The notes: generated by a model not told the origin, from the letters alone. A stretch of 64,000 nucleotides of DNA from Candidatus Micrarchaeota archaeon (GCA_018819225.1 JAHJQN010000003.1:128001-192000), one strand, 5' to 3'. Positions 46,723 to 56,822 are shown, counted from the first letter of the stretch. A program made the numbers and translations.

Positions 46723-48258
46723 ATGAACGATTGGATATTAAAAAACGAGGAAGAGGGAACCAGCGTATGGACATTGACCACGTTCATCCCCATGTTTCTT
46801 TACGATTTGAAGAAAACCGTAGGCAAACCCTTGCACTGCAGCATGGAATTCGAAGGCACGCGCATGCGATGGTACCCCTCCAAAACAGAAAGCGAGCAGC
46901 TCTCCATCGAACTCGTCGAAAAACTGAAGAACCGCCCCATCATTTCACAAACAAGCCGGAAAAAACTCGTGAACGATTGCGAAAAATTGAATGCGTTTTC
47001 GCAGGCATTATCTCAGAACACGGGCGATTTAACGAATGAAGAGATTGGGGAATATTTTGAGAAACACCACCTCATTCTGCGAGGAGTGCTGGCCGAAGGA
47101 ATGATCACCACGCTGCCGGATTTCGGGGAAGGAAGGTACGTGAGCTTTCTCGAAGCTTTTTTGGAAAAACGCATCCGCGAAAAAAAGCTCGGCAAAAAAG
47201 CGCCGGAATTACTGGCGGAATTGACGTATGAATCCGGGGAAAACATCCAGAAACAAGAGCTCAAGGCCCTATTGGAACTGGCGGTTGAGATCCAAAAGGC
47301 AAATATAGGCGGCACGGATCCGGAAAGGCTCGAAAACGAACTGAACCGACGACCGGAAATCAAGAAACGCCTTTCCGATCACGTGAAAGCGTTCGAGTGG
47401 GCCTATTTCGGATATACCGGCCCGGTGCTCACGGAAAAAAAAGTGTTGGAAGAACTGGCGTTAATGCAGAAAGAAGAAAAACACGCGGAAAAAGAACTGG
47501 AACGAATGAAAAGAGAATCCATTCAAGCAGAACAAAAGAAGAAAGAGGCGCAGAAGGCACTGGATTTGAGTCCACGCGAACGGGAATGGTTTCAAGTGGC
47601 ATCGGATGCCGTGTTCACCAAAACGTATCGACGGGATGCCACCACTTATTCGTTCTATCGGATGACTCCGTTACTTCGGGAAGTGAGTCGGCGGACGAAA
47701 ATGCCGCTTGAGCGCGTGCAATGTATTATGGCGGGGGAAATGAATGAGGTGCTCGAGAATCCGAAGGCTTGGGAACCGGAATTGAAGGCGCGTCAAGAAT
47801 ACTGTATTTGCACGGCAGAAGGAGAGGCACCGCGCATGTACTCCGGAAAGGAAGCGAAAGCGTATGCGAAGCGCTTCATTCCCGTTGAAAAAGTCGAGGA
47901 CGTGAATGAAATCGTTGGGAAATGCGCGTGCCCGGGAATAGCCGTCGGAAGAGTGCGCGTTATCGACACGCCCACTGAAATGCACGGAATGAAAAAAGGC
48001 GATATCCTCGTTTCCACGGCGACTCAACCCGATATTGTACCGGCCATGAAAAAAGCAGCGGCCATCGTGACCAACATCGGAGGCATTACATCTCATGCGG
48101 CCATCGTTTCAAGGGAATTGGGGGTGCCGTGCGTCATCGGAACGCGCATTGCAACCAAAGTACTGAAAAACGGGGATCTCGTGGAAGTGGATGCGACGAA
48201 CGGCATCGTGAAGAAAATCAAGGAATGGCCGAAAAAGGAAAAGACTATATTCCAGTAA
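46723..48258 (+). CDS. Phospho-His swivel-domain protein with helical N-terminal region
   Basis: GKCACPG...AAAIVTNIGGITSHAAIVSRELGVPCVIG. Confidence 0.85.
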   Translation: MNDWILKNEEEGTSVWTLTTFIPMFLYDLKKTVGKPLHCSMEFEGTRMRWYPSKTESEQLSIELVEKLKNRPIISQTSRKKLVNDCEKLNAFSQALSQNTGDLTNEEIGEYFEKHHLILRGVLAEGMITTLPDFGEGRYVSFLEAFLEKRIREKKLGKKAPELLAELTYESGENIQKQELKALLELAVEIQKANIGGTDPERLENELNRRPEIKKRLSDHVKAFEWAYFGYTGPVLTEKKVLEELALMQKEEKHAEKELERMKRESIQAEQKKKEAQKALDLSPREREWFQVASDAVFTKTYRRDATTYSFYRMTPLLREVSRRTKMPLERVQCIMAGEMNEVLENPKAWEPELKARQEYCICTAEGEAPRMYSGKEAKAYAKRFIPVEKVEDVNEIVGKCACPGIAVGRVRVIDTPTEMHGMKKGDILVSTATQPDIVPAMKKAAAIVTNIGGITSHAAIVSRELGVPCVIGTRIATKVLKNGDLVEVDATNGIVKKIKEWPKKEKTIFQ

Positions 48259-48276
48259 TTTCAGTAAAGAACAGCG

Positions 48277-48390
48277 ATGCGCATGGAACCGGGAATCTTC
48301 GAACTGGCCGCCCTCGTATTCATCGTCGCTGCGGTCTTCAGCGATAAAATCAGGGAAAAAGCCTTATTCGGCAAATATCAAGGCAACTAG
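48277..48390 (+). CDS. 37-aa single-TM micropeptide (MRMEPGIFELAALVFIVAAVFSDKIREKALFGKYQGN)
   Basis: Translated by hand; fills the gap, and its stop overlaps the pfkB stop. Confidence 0.45.
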   Translation: MRMEPGIFELAALVFIVAAVFSDKIREKALFGKYQGN

Positions 48391-49286
48391 ATGTGCAGCT
48401 TCTCGCGGTAGTGATTAAAGCGCGCTTCCACGTCTTCTGAAGCAATGGATACCAGCCCGTTCACGCTGAAATCCTGAACGCAGAACGAACCCATAATCGT
48501 GCCGTACGCGAGCGCCTCCTTCAACGTCTTCTCCTCCACTTTATTCGATCGGGCCAGGTGACCGAAGAAGCCGCCGCCAAAAGAATCTCCGGCGCCCGTC
48601 GGATCCACCACGGAAGACAACGGAAATGCCGGTAAGGGGAACACGAAATCCTTATAGAACAAGATGCTGCCGTTCTCCCCTTTCTTGATCACCACGAGCT
48701 CCGGCCCCCATTCCTGAATCGTGGAAGCGCATTCAAACAAGTTCGGGGACTTGCAAAGCATGCGCGCCTCAATATCATTCAAGACCATGCCGTCCACTTT
48801 AGCCATCACTTTCCTGAGCGCGGGCTTTTGCGTCTCAATATAGAACTCAATCGTATCCATGAGCGCGAAACGCGGCCGGCAGTTCTCCAGCATCTTCAAT
48901 TGTTTTGCGGGTTCGAGCGTTCCCAAGTAAAGAAAAGGGGTTTTGCGCAACGAATCGGGAACCACGGGATCGAAATGCGCGTACACGTTTAATTCCGTGG
49001 CGTGCGTCTTGCGCGCGTAGTAATCGTAAGAGAACTCGGAATCGAAAAACATGGTTTTTCCTTTCACGCGTTGAACGCCTTGGAGATCGATGTGGCGGCT
49101 CTCCAGCAACTTCCAATGCGCTTGCGGAAAGTCTTTACCCACGACGCCAATGAGTGCAACGGGACAAAAGTGTGAAGCGGAAAGGGAAAAATAGGTCGCC
49201 GCTCCACCCAAAACGCGTTTCATGGTCTTGAACGGGGTGCGCGTCGTATCCAATGCAATGCTTCCAGTTCCCAGAATCACGTACAC
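48387..49286 (-). CDS. PfkB/ribokinase-family carbohydrate kinase
   Basis: GSIALD, GGAATY, DPTGAGDSF; exact start uncertain. Confidence 0.9.
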   Translation of the reverse strand: MYVILGTGSIALDTTRTPFKTMKRVLGGAATYFSLSASHFCPVALIGVVGKDFPQAHWKLLESRHIDLQGVQRVKGKTMFFDSEFSYDYYARKTHATELNVYAHFDPVVPDSLRKTPFLYLGTLEPAKQLKMLENCRPRFALMDTIEFYIETQKPALRKVMAKVDGMVLNDIEARMLCKSPNLFECASTIQEWGPELVVIKKGENGSILFYKDFVFPLPAFPLSSVVDPTGAGDSFGGGFFGHLARSNKVEEKTLKEALAYGTIMGSFCVQDFSVNGLVSIASEDVEARFNHYREKLHI

Positions 49287-49291
49287 CCACC

Positions 49292-50608
49292 TCATAATGA
49301 AAACGATTCTCCCCGCGAAGGCACGTGCACCTTGAACGGACGTTCTTGTTTCTTCGCGAGCAGATCCAACGCGTCTTTTAACTCCAAACAGGTTCGTTCC
49401 TCTCCGTGGACAACAAAAACGTTTTTCAACGAAGGCATGTTGCGCACCAAATGAATGAGTTCATCGCGATCCGCGTGCGCCGACAAGCGCGCTTCCTCCA
49501 CTTCCAACTTCAAATGCACGCGCTCGCCATCGATTTCCACGTCGCGCACGCCGTCCGACAATTGTCTTCCCAACGTGCCTTCCGCTTGATAACCCGTAAG
49601 CAAGACCTTGTTCTTGCGATCGTTCGCCAGCGCTTTCAAATACAGCAGGGAAGGTCCTCCGGACAACATGCCGGAAGGCGCGACAATAATCGCCTTCTCT
49701 TTTTCGAATACCTCGTGACGGTCTTTGCTCGTGGGAGTCACGTAATGCTTGCTCTTGAACGGGTCGTCCTCGGAAGTCAGAATGCGGCGTTTGATCTCGT
49801 CCTTCAAGTACAAGGCATTGTGACGGTGAATGCGCAACGCCTTGCGCACCATCCCGTCCATAAAAATGGGTACGCTTTCCAGATGGCCGGAACGCATGAA
49901 GTTTTCCAGGATGAAAAGGACTTCTTGGCCGCGACCGATGGCGAACGTAGGAATCAAGACCTTGCCGCCCTTATCCAACGTCTTTTGAACGCTGCTCACG
50001 AGTCGTTGCGCCAATTCTTTTGAAGACGCCCGTTGGTCGTTCACTCCCCCGTATGTACCCTCCATAATCAATACGTCCGCGTCCACGCCATTGAGGTCAG
50101 CCGAAGGCAGCAGGCGAGTCGACCGGCAGGAAAAATCGCCCGTATAAAGCAGGCGTTGCGTATCATAAACTTCGACCATCGCGCTACCCAGAATATGGCC
50201 GGCATCGCGGAATTGAATCATGTTCAAGGAATCGCGTTCCCCGTATTCCAACAACTCCGTGTTCGTGAGGAACTGGTTGACATCCGTTTCCTTGAAAGGC
50301 GCCAGCTCGGGATTCAAGCGAAGGTAATCCGCAAGAAGAATCTGCGTGAAATCGCGCGTCGGTTTCGTGCACGCCACCTTCCCCTTGTAACCGGAAGCAT
50401 ATAACGCCGGAATATACCCGGAATGATCCAGATGCGCGTGCGACAAAATCACTTTCTCGATGCGGCGAATCTGTTTTCTATCCAAAAGCGGATATTCTTC
50501 GTTGCGGGAAAACTTGACGCCGGCATCCAAAAGAAGGGTGTGCTTGCCTTCCAGCAGGAAACAACTGCGTCCGACTTCCCGGCATGCCCCTAAAAAGGAA
50601 AGCTGCAT
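49292..50608 (-). CDS. Beta-CASP MBL-fold ribonuclease without KH domains (aCPSF2-like)
   Basis: EVGRSC, SHAHLDHSG, AGHILG, EGTYG, SGMLSGG, SAHAD, VHGE. Confidence 0.9.
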   Translation of the reverse strand: MQLSFLGACREVGRSCFLLEGKHTLLLDAGVKFSRNEEYPLLDRKQIRRIEKVILSHAHLDHSGYIPALYASGYKGKVACTKPTRDFTQILLADYLRLNPELAPFKETDVNQFLTNTELLEYGERDSLNMIQFRDAGHILGSAMVEVYDTQRLLYTGDFSCRSTRLLPSADLNGVDADVLIMEGTYGGVNDQRASSKELAQRLVSSVQKTLDKGGKVLIPTFAIGRGQEVLFILENFMRSGHLESVPIFMDGMVRKALRIHRHNALYLKDEIKRRILTSEDDPFKSKHYVTPTSKDRHEVFEKEKAIIVAPSGMLSGGPSLLYLKALANDRKNKVLLTGYQAEGTLGRQLSDGVRDVEIDGERVHLKLEVEEARLSAHADRDELIHLVRNMPSLKNVFVVHGEERTCLELKDALDLLAKKQERPFKVHVPSRGESFSL

Positions 50609-50611
50609 GGA

Positions 50612-51028
50612 CTAACCCGCCGCCGCCTTGTTCAAGGGAGGCTTCGGTTTGGAAACGCCGAACTTTTGTCCCGTAATCGGAGCCGGAATTCCGACGCTGA
50701 ACGAAAGCAGCGTGCCAACAACCATTCCCGTATGCGCGACGGAATTCAAAATCTCCTCGGAGAACGCGGGCTCCAAGCGCTTCGTTTTTTCCCACGACTC
50801 CTTGATTTCTTTCAAGCGTTTCTCCTCTCCTTGATAGAAGATCTGGCCGGAAATCGTGATGCGCGCTAGTTTTTGGCGGTATTCCAGGAAATAATCGTAA
50901 TCCACAAACAGCATCTTGTCCTTGATCTCCATCTTCGAAACGTGGATGTTTACGTCCAAGCCCTGGACTTTCGTCGCATCCGAAAATTTCTCAACCGCCG
51001 CCTTGAAAATCTTGCCTCCAGCAATCAT
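50612..51028 (-). CDS. Conserved-looking archaeal hypothetical protein
   Basis: 138 aa alpha/beta pattern; SD GAGGTG; in operon with the beta-CASP gene. Confidence 0.7.
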   Translation of the reverse strand: MIAGGKIFKAAVEKFSDATKVQGLDVNIHVSKMEIKDKMLFVDYDYFLEYRQKLARITISGQIFYQGEEKRLKEIKESWEKTKRLEPAFSEEILNSVAHTGMVVGTLLSFSVGIPAPITGQKFGVSKPKPPLNKAAAG

Positions 51029-51079
51029 GCCAATGCACCTCTAGAATAACGAGTAAATACTGTTTTGCATTTGAGCGGC

Positions 51080-51176
51080 CGCTTTTTTATGCCTTTTGCA
51101 ACCGACCCCGCTCCACGAAATCCATCGATTGATGCCACCCGCCTAGTTTGAAAAAGGTCGCTTTTTATGCCTTTGC
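51080..51176. repeat. Duplicated promoter segment around a degenerate hairpin-element end
   Basis: CGCTTTTTTATGCCTTTTGC 51080-51099 and CGCTTTTTATGCCTTTGC 51159-51176; TTTGAAAAAGGTCG runs into the second copy; CGACC at 51103. Confidence 0.6.
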
Positions 51177-51192
51177 GGTCCAAGGGGTAAGC

Positions 51193-52881
51193 ATGAAGCC
51201 GTTCAGCAAGTACACGAAGCGAATCGTGTTCATTGCACTCATCATCGTCGCATTGTTCGTGGCATCGCGAGCCGTCGCGTTTCCGGTTCCCTCCGAACTT
51301 GCGGCGCTACCCATCCTCGCCTTCTTCTCACTATACCGGATGACCGCCGCATACATTCTCGCGTTGCTGTTCTCGGTCGTGTACGGGTATTACGCGGCCA
51401 CGCACATGAAAGCCGGAAAAATCATGATTCCGCTGCTCGACGTCATGCAAAGCGTGCCCATCCTCGGATTCTTTCCGGCGGCCGTATTCTTTCTCATTAC
51501 GGCGTTTCAAGGCAGCGCCATCGGAATCGAATTGGCCGCCATATTCCTGATCTTTACCTCGCAAGTCTGGAACATGACGTTCGGGGTCTACGAGAGCTTG
51601 ACGACGCTTCCGAAAGAATTGAAACAAGTGGCAGAGAATTTTGGCTTGCGTAGACTCTTGTTTTTCGAAAAACTCGTGTTTCCAGCCACGATCCCCAAAC
51701 TCGTATACAATAGCACGATCAGCTGGGCGAACGGATGGTACTTTCTCATTGCATCCGAAATCATTTCCTTGGGAAGCATCCAACACAAGCTTCCGGGACT
51801 CGGAAGCTATCTCGTTGAAACCACTGCGGCAGGGGATTTGGGAGGAACGTTCGCAGGCTTGTCCGTATTAATCGCCATCATTCTCGCGCTGGACTTGCTG
51901 ATATGGAGACCCTTGACGGTATGGAGCGAGAAATTCCGAATCGAAACGTCGGCAGGCGCCAAACCGACTTCAGGCGTGTACCGGTTTTTCAAGTGGTCGC
52001 CAACGTTCCGGACGGCGAAACAACGCCTGACTCGGGCCATGGAAACGTTGTTCGATGAAATCGAAAAATTCTTGGACGGATATGACGCGTGGATGAAGAA
52101 AGCGTGGTTCAACAAGCTCGTAAAAGGAATCGCTTACGCGGCACTCATCTTGATCGGCGCGCTCTTGTTCAACGTCGTGTTCGGACTCGCGCTATTGGTT
52201 TGGAGCATTATCACGGAGCCATTGCCCCCATTGGCGTACGAGATTCCCATGGCGCTGATGTACAGTTTCGGTCGGCTCGTCATCGCGTACTTGATCTCGT
52301 TACTATGGACGATACCCACGGCGATATATATTGCGAGCAGTCGCTCCGCGCAAAAATACTTGATTCCGTTCTTCGAGGTGGCGGCCGCGATCCCGGCCAC
52401 GGCACTATTCCCCATCATCGTATTACTCGTGATCCAGTTTACGGGAGATTTGAATTTCGCGGCGATCTTGTTAGTGCTGACGGGGATGCAATGGTACCTT
52501 TTGTTTAACGCGCTCGTCGGCGCCAAAAACCTTCCCAGCGAATTGGAGGACGTGGCGAGAGCGTTTAATGTACGCGATTGGAGGTATTACAAGAAGTTCA
52601 TGATTCCCGCGATGCTGCCCTCGCTGGTCACGGGAAGCGTGATCGCGTTTGGAGGCGGGTGGAACGCACTCTTTGTATCCGAGTATATCGCGTACGGGGG
52701 CAAAGTGTATTCCACGCCGGGAATTGGAAGTATGCTTAGCGTAGCAACCTATCAACTAGGAAGCATGAAGCTCATTTTCCTAACGCTAGCCATTATGATA
52801 TTATTTATATTCCTGTTAAACCATTTCTTCTGGAGACGGTTATACAATTTCGTAAGCAGAAGATACAAATTGGATTATTAA
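51193..52881 (+). CDS. ABC transporter permease, NitT/TauT type, duplicated membrane domain
   Basis: LDVMQSVPILGF, W..LIASE, GLGSY, GGGWNALFVSE. Confidence 0.85.
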   Translation: MKPFSKYTKRIVFIALIIVALFVASRAVAFPVPSELAALPILAFFSLYRMTAAYILALLFSVVYGYYAATHMKAGKIMIPLLDVMQSVPILGFFPAAVFFLITAFQGSAIGIELAAIFLIFTSQVWNMTFGVYESLTTLPKELKQVAENFGLRRLLFFEKLVFPATIPKLVYNSTISWANGWYFLIASEIISLGSIQHKLPGLGSYLVETTAAGDLGGTFAGLSVLIAIILALDLLIWRPLTVWSEKFRIETSAGAKPTSGVYRFFKWSPTFRTAKQRLTRAMETLFDEIEKFLDGYDAWMKKAWFNKLVKGIAYAALILIGALLFNVVFGLALLVWSIITEPLPPLAYEIPMALMYSFGRLVIAYLISLLWTIPTAIYIASSRSAQKYLIPFFEVAAAIPATALFPIIVLLVIQFTGDLNFAAILLVLTGMQWYLLFNALVGAKNLPSELEDVARAFNVRDWRYYKKFMIPAMLPSLVTGSVIAFGGGWNALFVSEYIAYGGKVYSTPGIGSMLSVATYQLGSMKLIFLTLAIMILFIFLLNHFFWRRLYNFVSRRYKLDY

Positions 52882-52897
52882 TATCGGGTGATCCGAC

Positions 52898-53191
52898 ATG
52901 GTAACGAAACTGAGAAAAACGATGACTGCCGGATTGCGAGAGCACGGTCTGTTGAAAGAAACGAAACCAAGAATCGATGTGGCGTTTAGGAATCATGCTG
53001 GGGATAATCATCCGGCTTTAATCCGAAGTCTCGCGGAAATCGGAGAACGAACAGGAAACAGGGATGTTCGCAGAGTCACGAGTGCTGCGCTAGCGGATTT
53101 CGTTGCAAGAAATGAAAAGTTTATGGGAAAGAAGGGACCGAATTTGAAACCTGCTCTAAATATCGCTTTCAAAAAACTGAGGGATAGGTAA
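52898..53191 (+). CDS. Hypothetical basic protein
   Basis: SD GGGTGA; 97 aa; no motif. Confidence 0.55.
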   Translation: MVTKLRKTMTAGLREHGLLKETKPRIDVAFRNHAGDNHPALIRSLAEIGERTGNRDVRRVTSAALADFVARNEKFMGKKGPNLKPALNIAFKKLRDR

Positions 53192-53192
53192 T

Positions 53193-53558
53193 ATGCCGGA
53201 CCGATTCAAAGAAGACGTGTTGAGGGCCATTAGAAGTGATACGAAAATGATGGAACAATTCCGAAGCGCGCAAGCCAACTTGCGCGGAAAGCGAGGATTG
53301 AACAGGTCAGGTATACTTATCGACCAAGTAGCGGATATGGCGCGCCGCTTCGGGGATGGAAACGTCCGCGAAGACATCGCGACGGCCATCCAACGATACC
53401 GTGACCGAGTGAGATCGGAAAGGCTTGGACGAAGTTTAAGACCTCACCGACCGTTCGAAGCACAAGTTGAGCAATCATTAGATCACTTGGAGTTCATGGT
53501 GGAAGAGCGAAACGCGTTAAAAGAAAAGCAAAGGGAGCGCAAGCGCCCCCGTAAATGA
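53193..53558 (+). CDS. Hypothetical Arg-rich protein
   Basis: Coupled to the upstream ORF; no motif. Confidence 0.55.
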   Translation: MPDRFKEDVLRAIRSDTKMMEQFRSAQANLRGKRGLNRSGILIDQVADMARRFGDGNVREDIATAIQRYRDRVRSERLGRSLRPHRPFEAQVEQSLDHLEFMVEERNALKEKQRERKRPRK

Positions 53559-53559
53559 C

Positions 53560-55227
53560 TTACCCGCGTTGCACGTCAATGCGCATGCCGACCTTGTGTT
53601 CCAGTTGCTGAATGTTCGAGCCGCGCTTGCCCAGCACTTTCTTCATCTGGTGCTCGGGAACGTAAAGAATCAAGCGATCGCCCTTGATCTCGAAATCGAA
53701 GTTGTGAAGCTCCGCGTTCAAAACACGCATGATCTTGTACTCGTCCACGAATCCACCCGATGCTTCGCGCGATGGGACGGGAGCGCTTCGAGGAGAACGA
53801 TCGAAAGGGTGCGGTCTTCCCCCGCGAGGCGAACCGCGATCAAAGCGTTCCCGATGGGGAGGACGGGCATGCCGGGCTTCCTGAACCAATGGGAACACGA
53901 CGGTTTCCTCGCCCCACTTGTAGATCTGGAACTCCGGCTGCTGCGTCTGGAAATCACAGACCTCAATAATGGGCCGCGCCAAATCCTTTTCCCGCATGCC
54001 GAATGGAACCTTGACCGTAAAGCGCAAATCATATACTTTAACGATTTTACCGGCTTCCAGGAAAATGATCGTGTCAATGACTTGCGGAATCACTCCAAAA
54101 TCGATTTTTCCGAGAAAACGTTGAATCGCGTCAATGGCCTTGCTGGCGTGCACGACGCCGATCATGCCAATACCCGACAAACGCATGTCCCCGAACGTGC
54201 GGAAGTCTTCGATCTTGCGCACTTCATCAAAGACCGTGTAATCCGGGCGCACGAGCAGCAGAATGTCCGCGGCTTGCGCGAAACTGCCTTCCAACGGCGC
54301 GTACTGCGTAATCGATTTGCCGACCTGCAGGTCGCGCGGTTGCTCCAACGTCTTAATGATTTTTTTCTGGCCCGAGTAATACTCCGCTAGCGCGGTCACG
54401 AACGTGCTTTTACCGCTTCCCGGAGGACCGGCAATCACAATCCCTTCCGCCTTCTGTTTGAGGCGCTCGAACAACAGAGGCGATAAAGCGTAGTCTTCAA
54501 TGGAAAGTTTCGCAATCGGCCGTATGACGGTGAGCTCGCGCGCTTCCGAGAACGGGGGACGCGTGAACGTGATGCGGTAGTCTCCTACTTGAATCACCGT
54601 AGCCCCCTTCTTATCGATTTCAATGAAACTGTTTTCCTCCCGATTCGAGATCTCCACGGCTTCCTGAACCATTTTCTCAATGGTATCCCGAGAAATATTC
54701 TTGGAATCGATTTCCATCAGTTGAAAATTGCCCGGCAAGCCGATCTTCGCTTGCGGAATACAGTTTTCCTTCAAGTGGACGCTCATCGTATTCTTTTCCT
54801 TGAAGTATTTCTCGAACGAGAGCTTCACATCCGAAACCACGGGCTTCAAGTACTCGACCTCAAGGCCTTCGGCCTCCGCCACCTCCGCTTGCACGCGGTC
54901 CGTGGTCATGAGCGTCGCCTTCAAATCCTTGGCGAGCTTGCGAATGTTCGCGTCAATGGCGCCGAGTTGCGCGTGCTCGATCTCGTAAGGCGTCGGCCGG
55001 TCGCCCTCGAAATGCAACGTGAGCTTGTGCGTCTTCCGAAGCTCGTGCAGCTTCTTGATTTCTTTCAGACCCGCGAATCCGACTTCCTTTCCAAGATTCG
55101 CCTGGTGCTCGAGTTCGGCAAGAGAGCTATTGGCGATGATGATCTCTGTTGCTTCCGACGTGCGCTTGACCATCTCCGTAATGCGTCCGTCAATCAGTAC
55201 CCCCGTATCGGGGACAATGCTTTTCAT
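53560..55227 (-). CDS. PIN-ATPase-KH protein (PINA, Holliday-junction-associated ATPase)
   Basis: VPDTGVLIDG (PIN), GPPGSGKST, LLVRPDYTVFDEVR, C-terminal KH LGKRGSNI. Confidence 0.9.
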   Translation of the reverse strand: MKSIVPDTGVLIDGRITEMVKRTSEATEIIIANSSLAELEHQANLGKEVGFAGLKEIKKLHELRKTHKLTLHFEGDRPTPYEIEHAQLGAIDANIRKLAKDLKATLMTTDRVQAEVAEAEGLEVEYLKPVVSDVKLSFEKYFKEKNTMSVHLKENCIPQAKIGLPGNFQLMEIDSKNISRDTIEKMVQEAVEISNREENSFIEIDKKGATVIQVGDYRITFTRPPFSEARELTVIRPIAKLSIEDYALSPLLFERLKQKAEGIVIAGPPGSGKSTFVTALAEYYSGQKKIIKTLEQPRDLQVGKSITQYAPLEGSFAQAADILLLVRPDYTVFDEVRKIEDFRTFGDMRLSGIGMIGVVHASKAIDAIQRFLGKIDFGVIPQVIDTIIFLEAGKIVKVYDLRFTVKVPFGMREKDLARPIIEVCDFQTQQPEFQIYKWGEETVVFPLVQEARHARPPHRERFDRGSPRGGRPHPFDRSPRSAPVPSREASGGFVDEYKIMRVLNAELHNFDFEIKGDRLILYVPEHQMKKVLGKRGSNIQQLEHKVGMRIDVQRG

Positions 55228-55562
55228 TCCTTTTTCACCTTTGAATCGTCGGGCCGTTCTTTTGCGTTCCACCAATAGAAAACCGCTTTTCCGCGTTTCT
55301 TGCGGATCACCCGGTTTTCATTGACGGCTCGGTCGAGACACCACTTGATTTTTCCGTATAAGGAGGGAATGCCTTTTCTCCACTGAGAAAACGGTTTTCC
55401 CAAAATCTCGTGTTCCTTGACCTCGAATCGCACGACCAGCAAGCCCATGAGCGTGTACGCGTTATGCGGATCGCTGCGCAACGTTTCCATCACCTTGTCG
55501 CAGACGCTCGTGCGCTCCAGTTCCTTCACCGGAAGCTTGATCGTGAGACTCAATACAAACAC
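55224..55562 (-). CDS. Small winged-helix-like protein upstream of PINA
   Basis: ETLRSDPHNAYT...KKRGKAVFYWW; ATGA overlap with PINA. Confidence 0.6.
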   Translation of the reverse strand: MFVLSLTIKLPVKELERTSVCDKVMETLRSDPHNAYTLMGLLVVRFEVKEHEILGKPFSQWRKGIPSLYGKIKWCLDRAVNENRVIRKKRGKAVFYWWNAKERPDDSKVKKE

Positions 55563-55567
55563 CCTTC

Positions 55568-55629
55568 AATTACAATGTAATTATTGTTAACCTTGTTAAT
55601 GTTAACAACATTTATAAGGTTATTGTTAA
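55568..55629. promoter_or_regulatory. Repeat-rich operator candidate
   Basis: Palindrome AATTACAATGTAATT 55568-55582 and TGTTAA at 55585, 55594, 55600 and 55624 around TTTATAA. Confidence 0.5.
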
Positions 55630-55632
55630 AGG

Positions 55633-56061
55633 TTAGTCGTCCTGAAGCTCGTCGTCAAAATACGTGGTAACGATGGCAGCCACTAAGAACAACAAGCCCA
55701 GTGCGAGCGGGGTATAATACTCGGGATTCAAGCCCTCGCCTTGCAGAAACAAATACGTGGCGCCTGCAAAGAAAAGGAAGGAGAGAACGTACAGAATGGG
55801 CTGGAGCGTCGCCCCAAACATGTCCACGTCATCCGGTATCTCGCCTTCGACCCACGAGGGCCAGATGATTTCCTGAATCAAATAGAAGGCTTCATAGTAA
55901 ACGTAATAGAGAACCGCAAACCCCGCTACCAATAAGATAACGAAACCCCAGTTCGCCGCAACAGGCAATAGTTTTTTCAGGATCGAGCGGACCGCTACGG
56001 CGAACGCTACGTATAACACGATGAAACCAAGGGGTTTGACGAAGTGCTCCCAATCCACCAT
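55633..56061 (-). CDS. Four-TM membrane protein
   Basis: Four hydrophobic segments. Confidence 0.65.
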   Translation of the reverse strand: MVDWEHFVKPLGFIVLYVAFAVAVRSILKKLLPVAANWGFVILLVAGFAVLYYVYYEAFYLIQEIIWPSWVEGEIPDDVDMFGATLQPILYVLSFLFFAGATYLFLQGEGLNPEYYTPLALGLLFLVAAIVTTYFDDELQDD

Positions 56062-56187
56062 AGTCTTATCCTGAAACTAAGCACGAAAAGACGCTATTAT
56101 AAGCTACCGACGCGCTGGAGAGCATGGAATTATGCAAATAGGATACAGCGATGAAAAGTTCCGTTTCAAAATAGAAATGGATGGGGT

Positions 56188-56235
56188 ATGATGAAAGCCG
56201 CACGAATCCGACTGTTGATGCCGGCATTAGCCGGA
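56188..56235 (+). ncRNA. Possible box C/D guide sRNA (degenerate boxes)
   Basis: C ATGATGA; guide AAGCCGCACGAAT; D' CCGA; C' TTGATGC; guide CGGCATTAGC; D CGGA. Confidence 0.5.
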
Positions 56236-56276
56236 GCACAGACTTACGCCGGAAGAAAAACCAGCGAATACTAGGC

Positions 56277-56822
56277 CTAACCTTGTTCCTTGAATCGCTT
56301 TAGGCAATCTGGAAGCTCCTTGTAGAGCCAAGCGCTGAATTCCGTGAACGCTTCCGTTTCGTTTTTGATGTATGCTTCGATAGACACATAGTCTTTTTTG
56401 GAGTACCAGAGTGGGACTTGACTGCCGTCTCCTGCTTTTTTGGTCAACTTATTAAGTCCAGAGCCTTTGAACTCGCCGTTATTCATAATTACTCCGCAAA
56501 CTCTCAAGTCAAGGAATGGTTTGTTTAGAATATCTACAGGATGCAGGCTATGGAGTGCGCATCGTTCTCTAAGGAAATTGTGCTCGAAACCCAGGTTATA
56601 GCCAACTGGAACAAACGTGAACGGGTAATCGTCAGTTATTCGAGAATCCTTCAGAAAGGTCTCTAAAATGGATTTCTCGGAAGACTTCCATTCCTTGAGT
56701 ATCTTCAGTTCGCCAATAGGCTTGCCCGTATTCCTATGAAGTTCTTGGTACTGGATAGTGATGATTTTGTCCTTCTTAGGATTCAAGCCAGTAGTCTCAA
56801 TATCTAGGTAAAAAGTCGGCAT
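56277..56822 (-). CDS. RNase H-like/DnaQ-type 3'-5' exonuclease domain protein
   Basis: YLDIETTG, VGYNLGFE, FLDL, IEAYIKNE. Confidence 0.8.
   Translation of the reverse strand: MPTFYLDIETTGLNPKKDKIITIQYQELHRNTGKPIGELKILKEWKSSEKSILETFLKDSRITDDYPFTFVPVGYNLGFEHNFLRERCALHSLHPVDILNKPFLDLRVCGVIMNNGEFKGSGLNKLTKKAGDGSQVPLWYSKKDYVSIEAYIKNETEAFTEFSAWLYKELPDCLKRFKEQG

Noticed and set aside
53569-54390. Long antisense ORFs over PINA and other housekeeping genes
   Set aside because: Shadow frames of well-supported genes, with no motifs or expression signals of their own.
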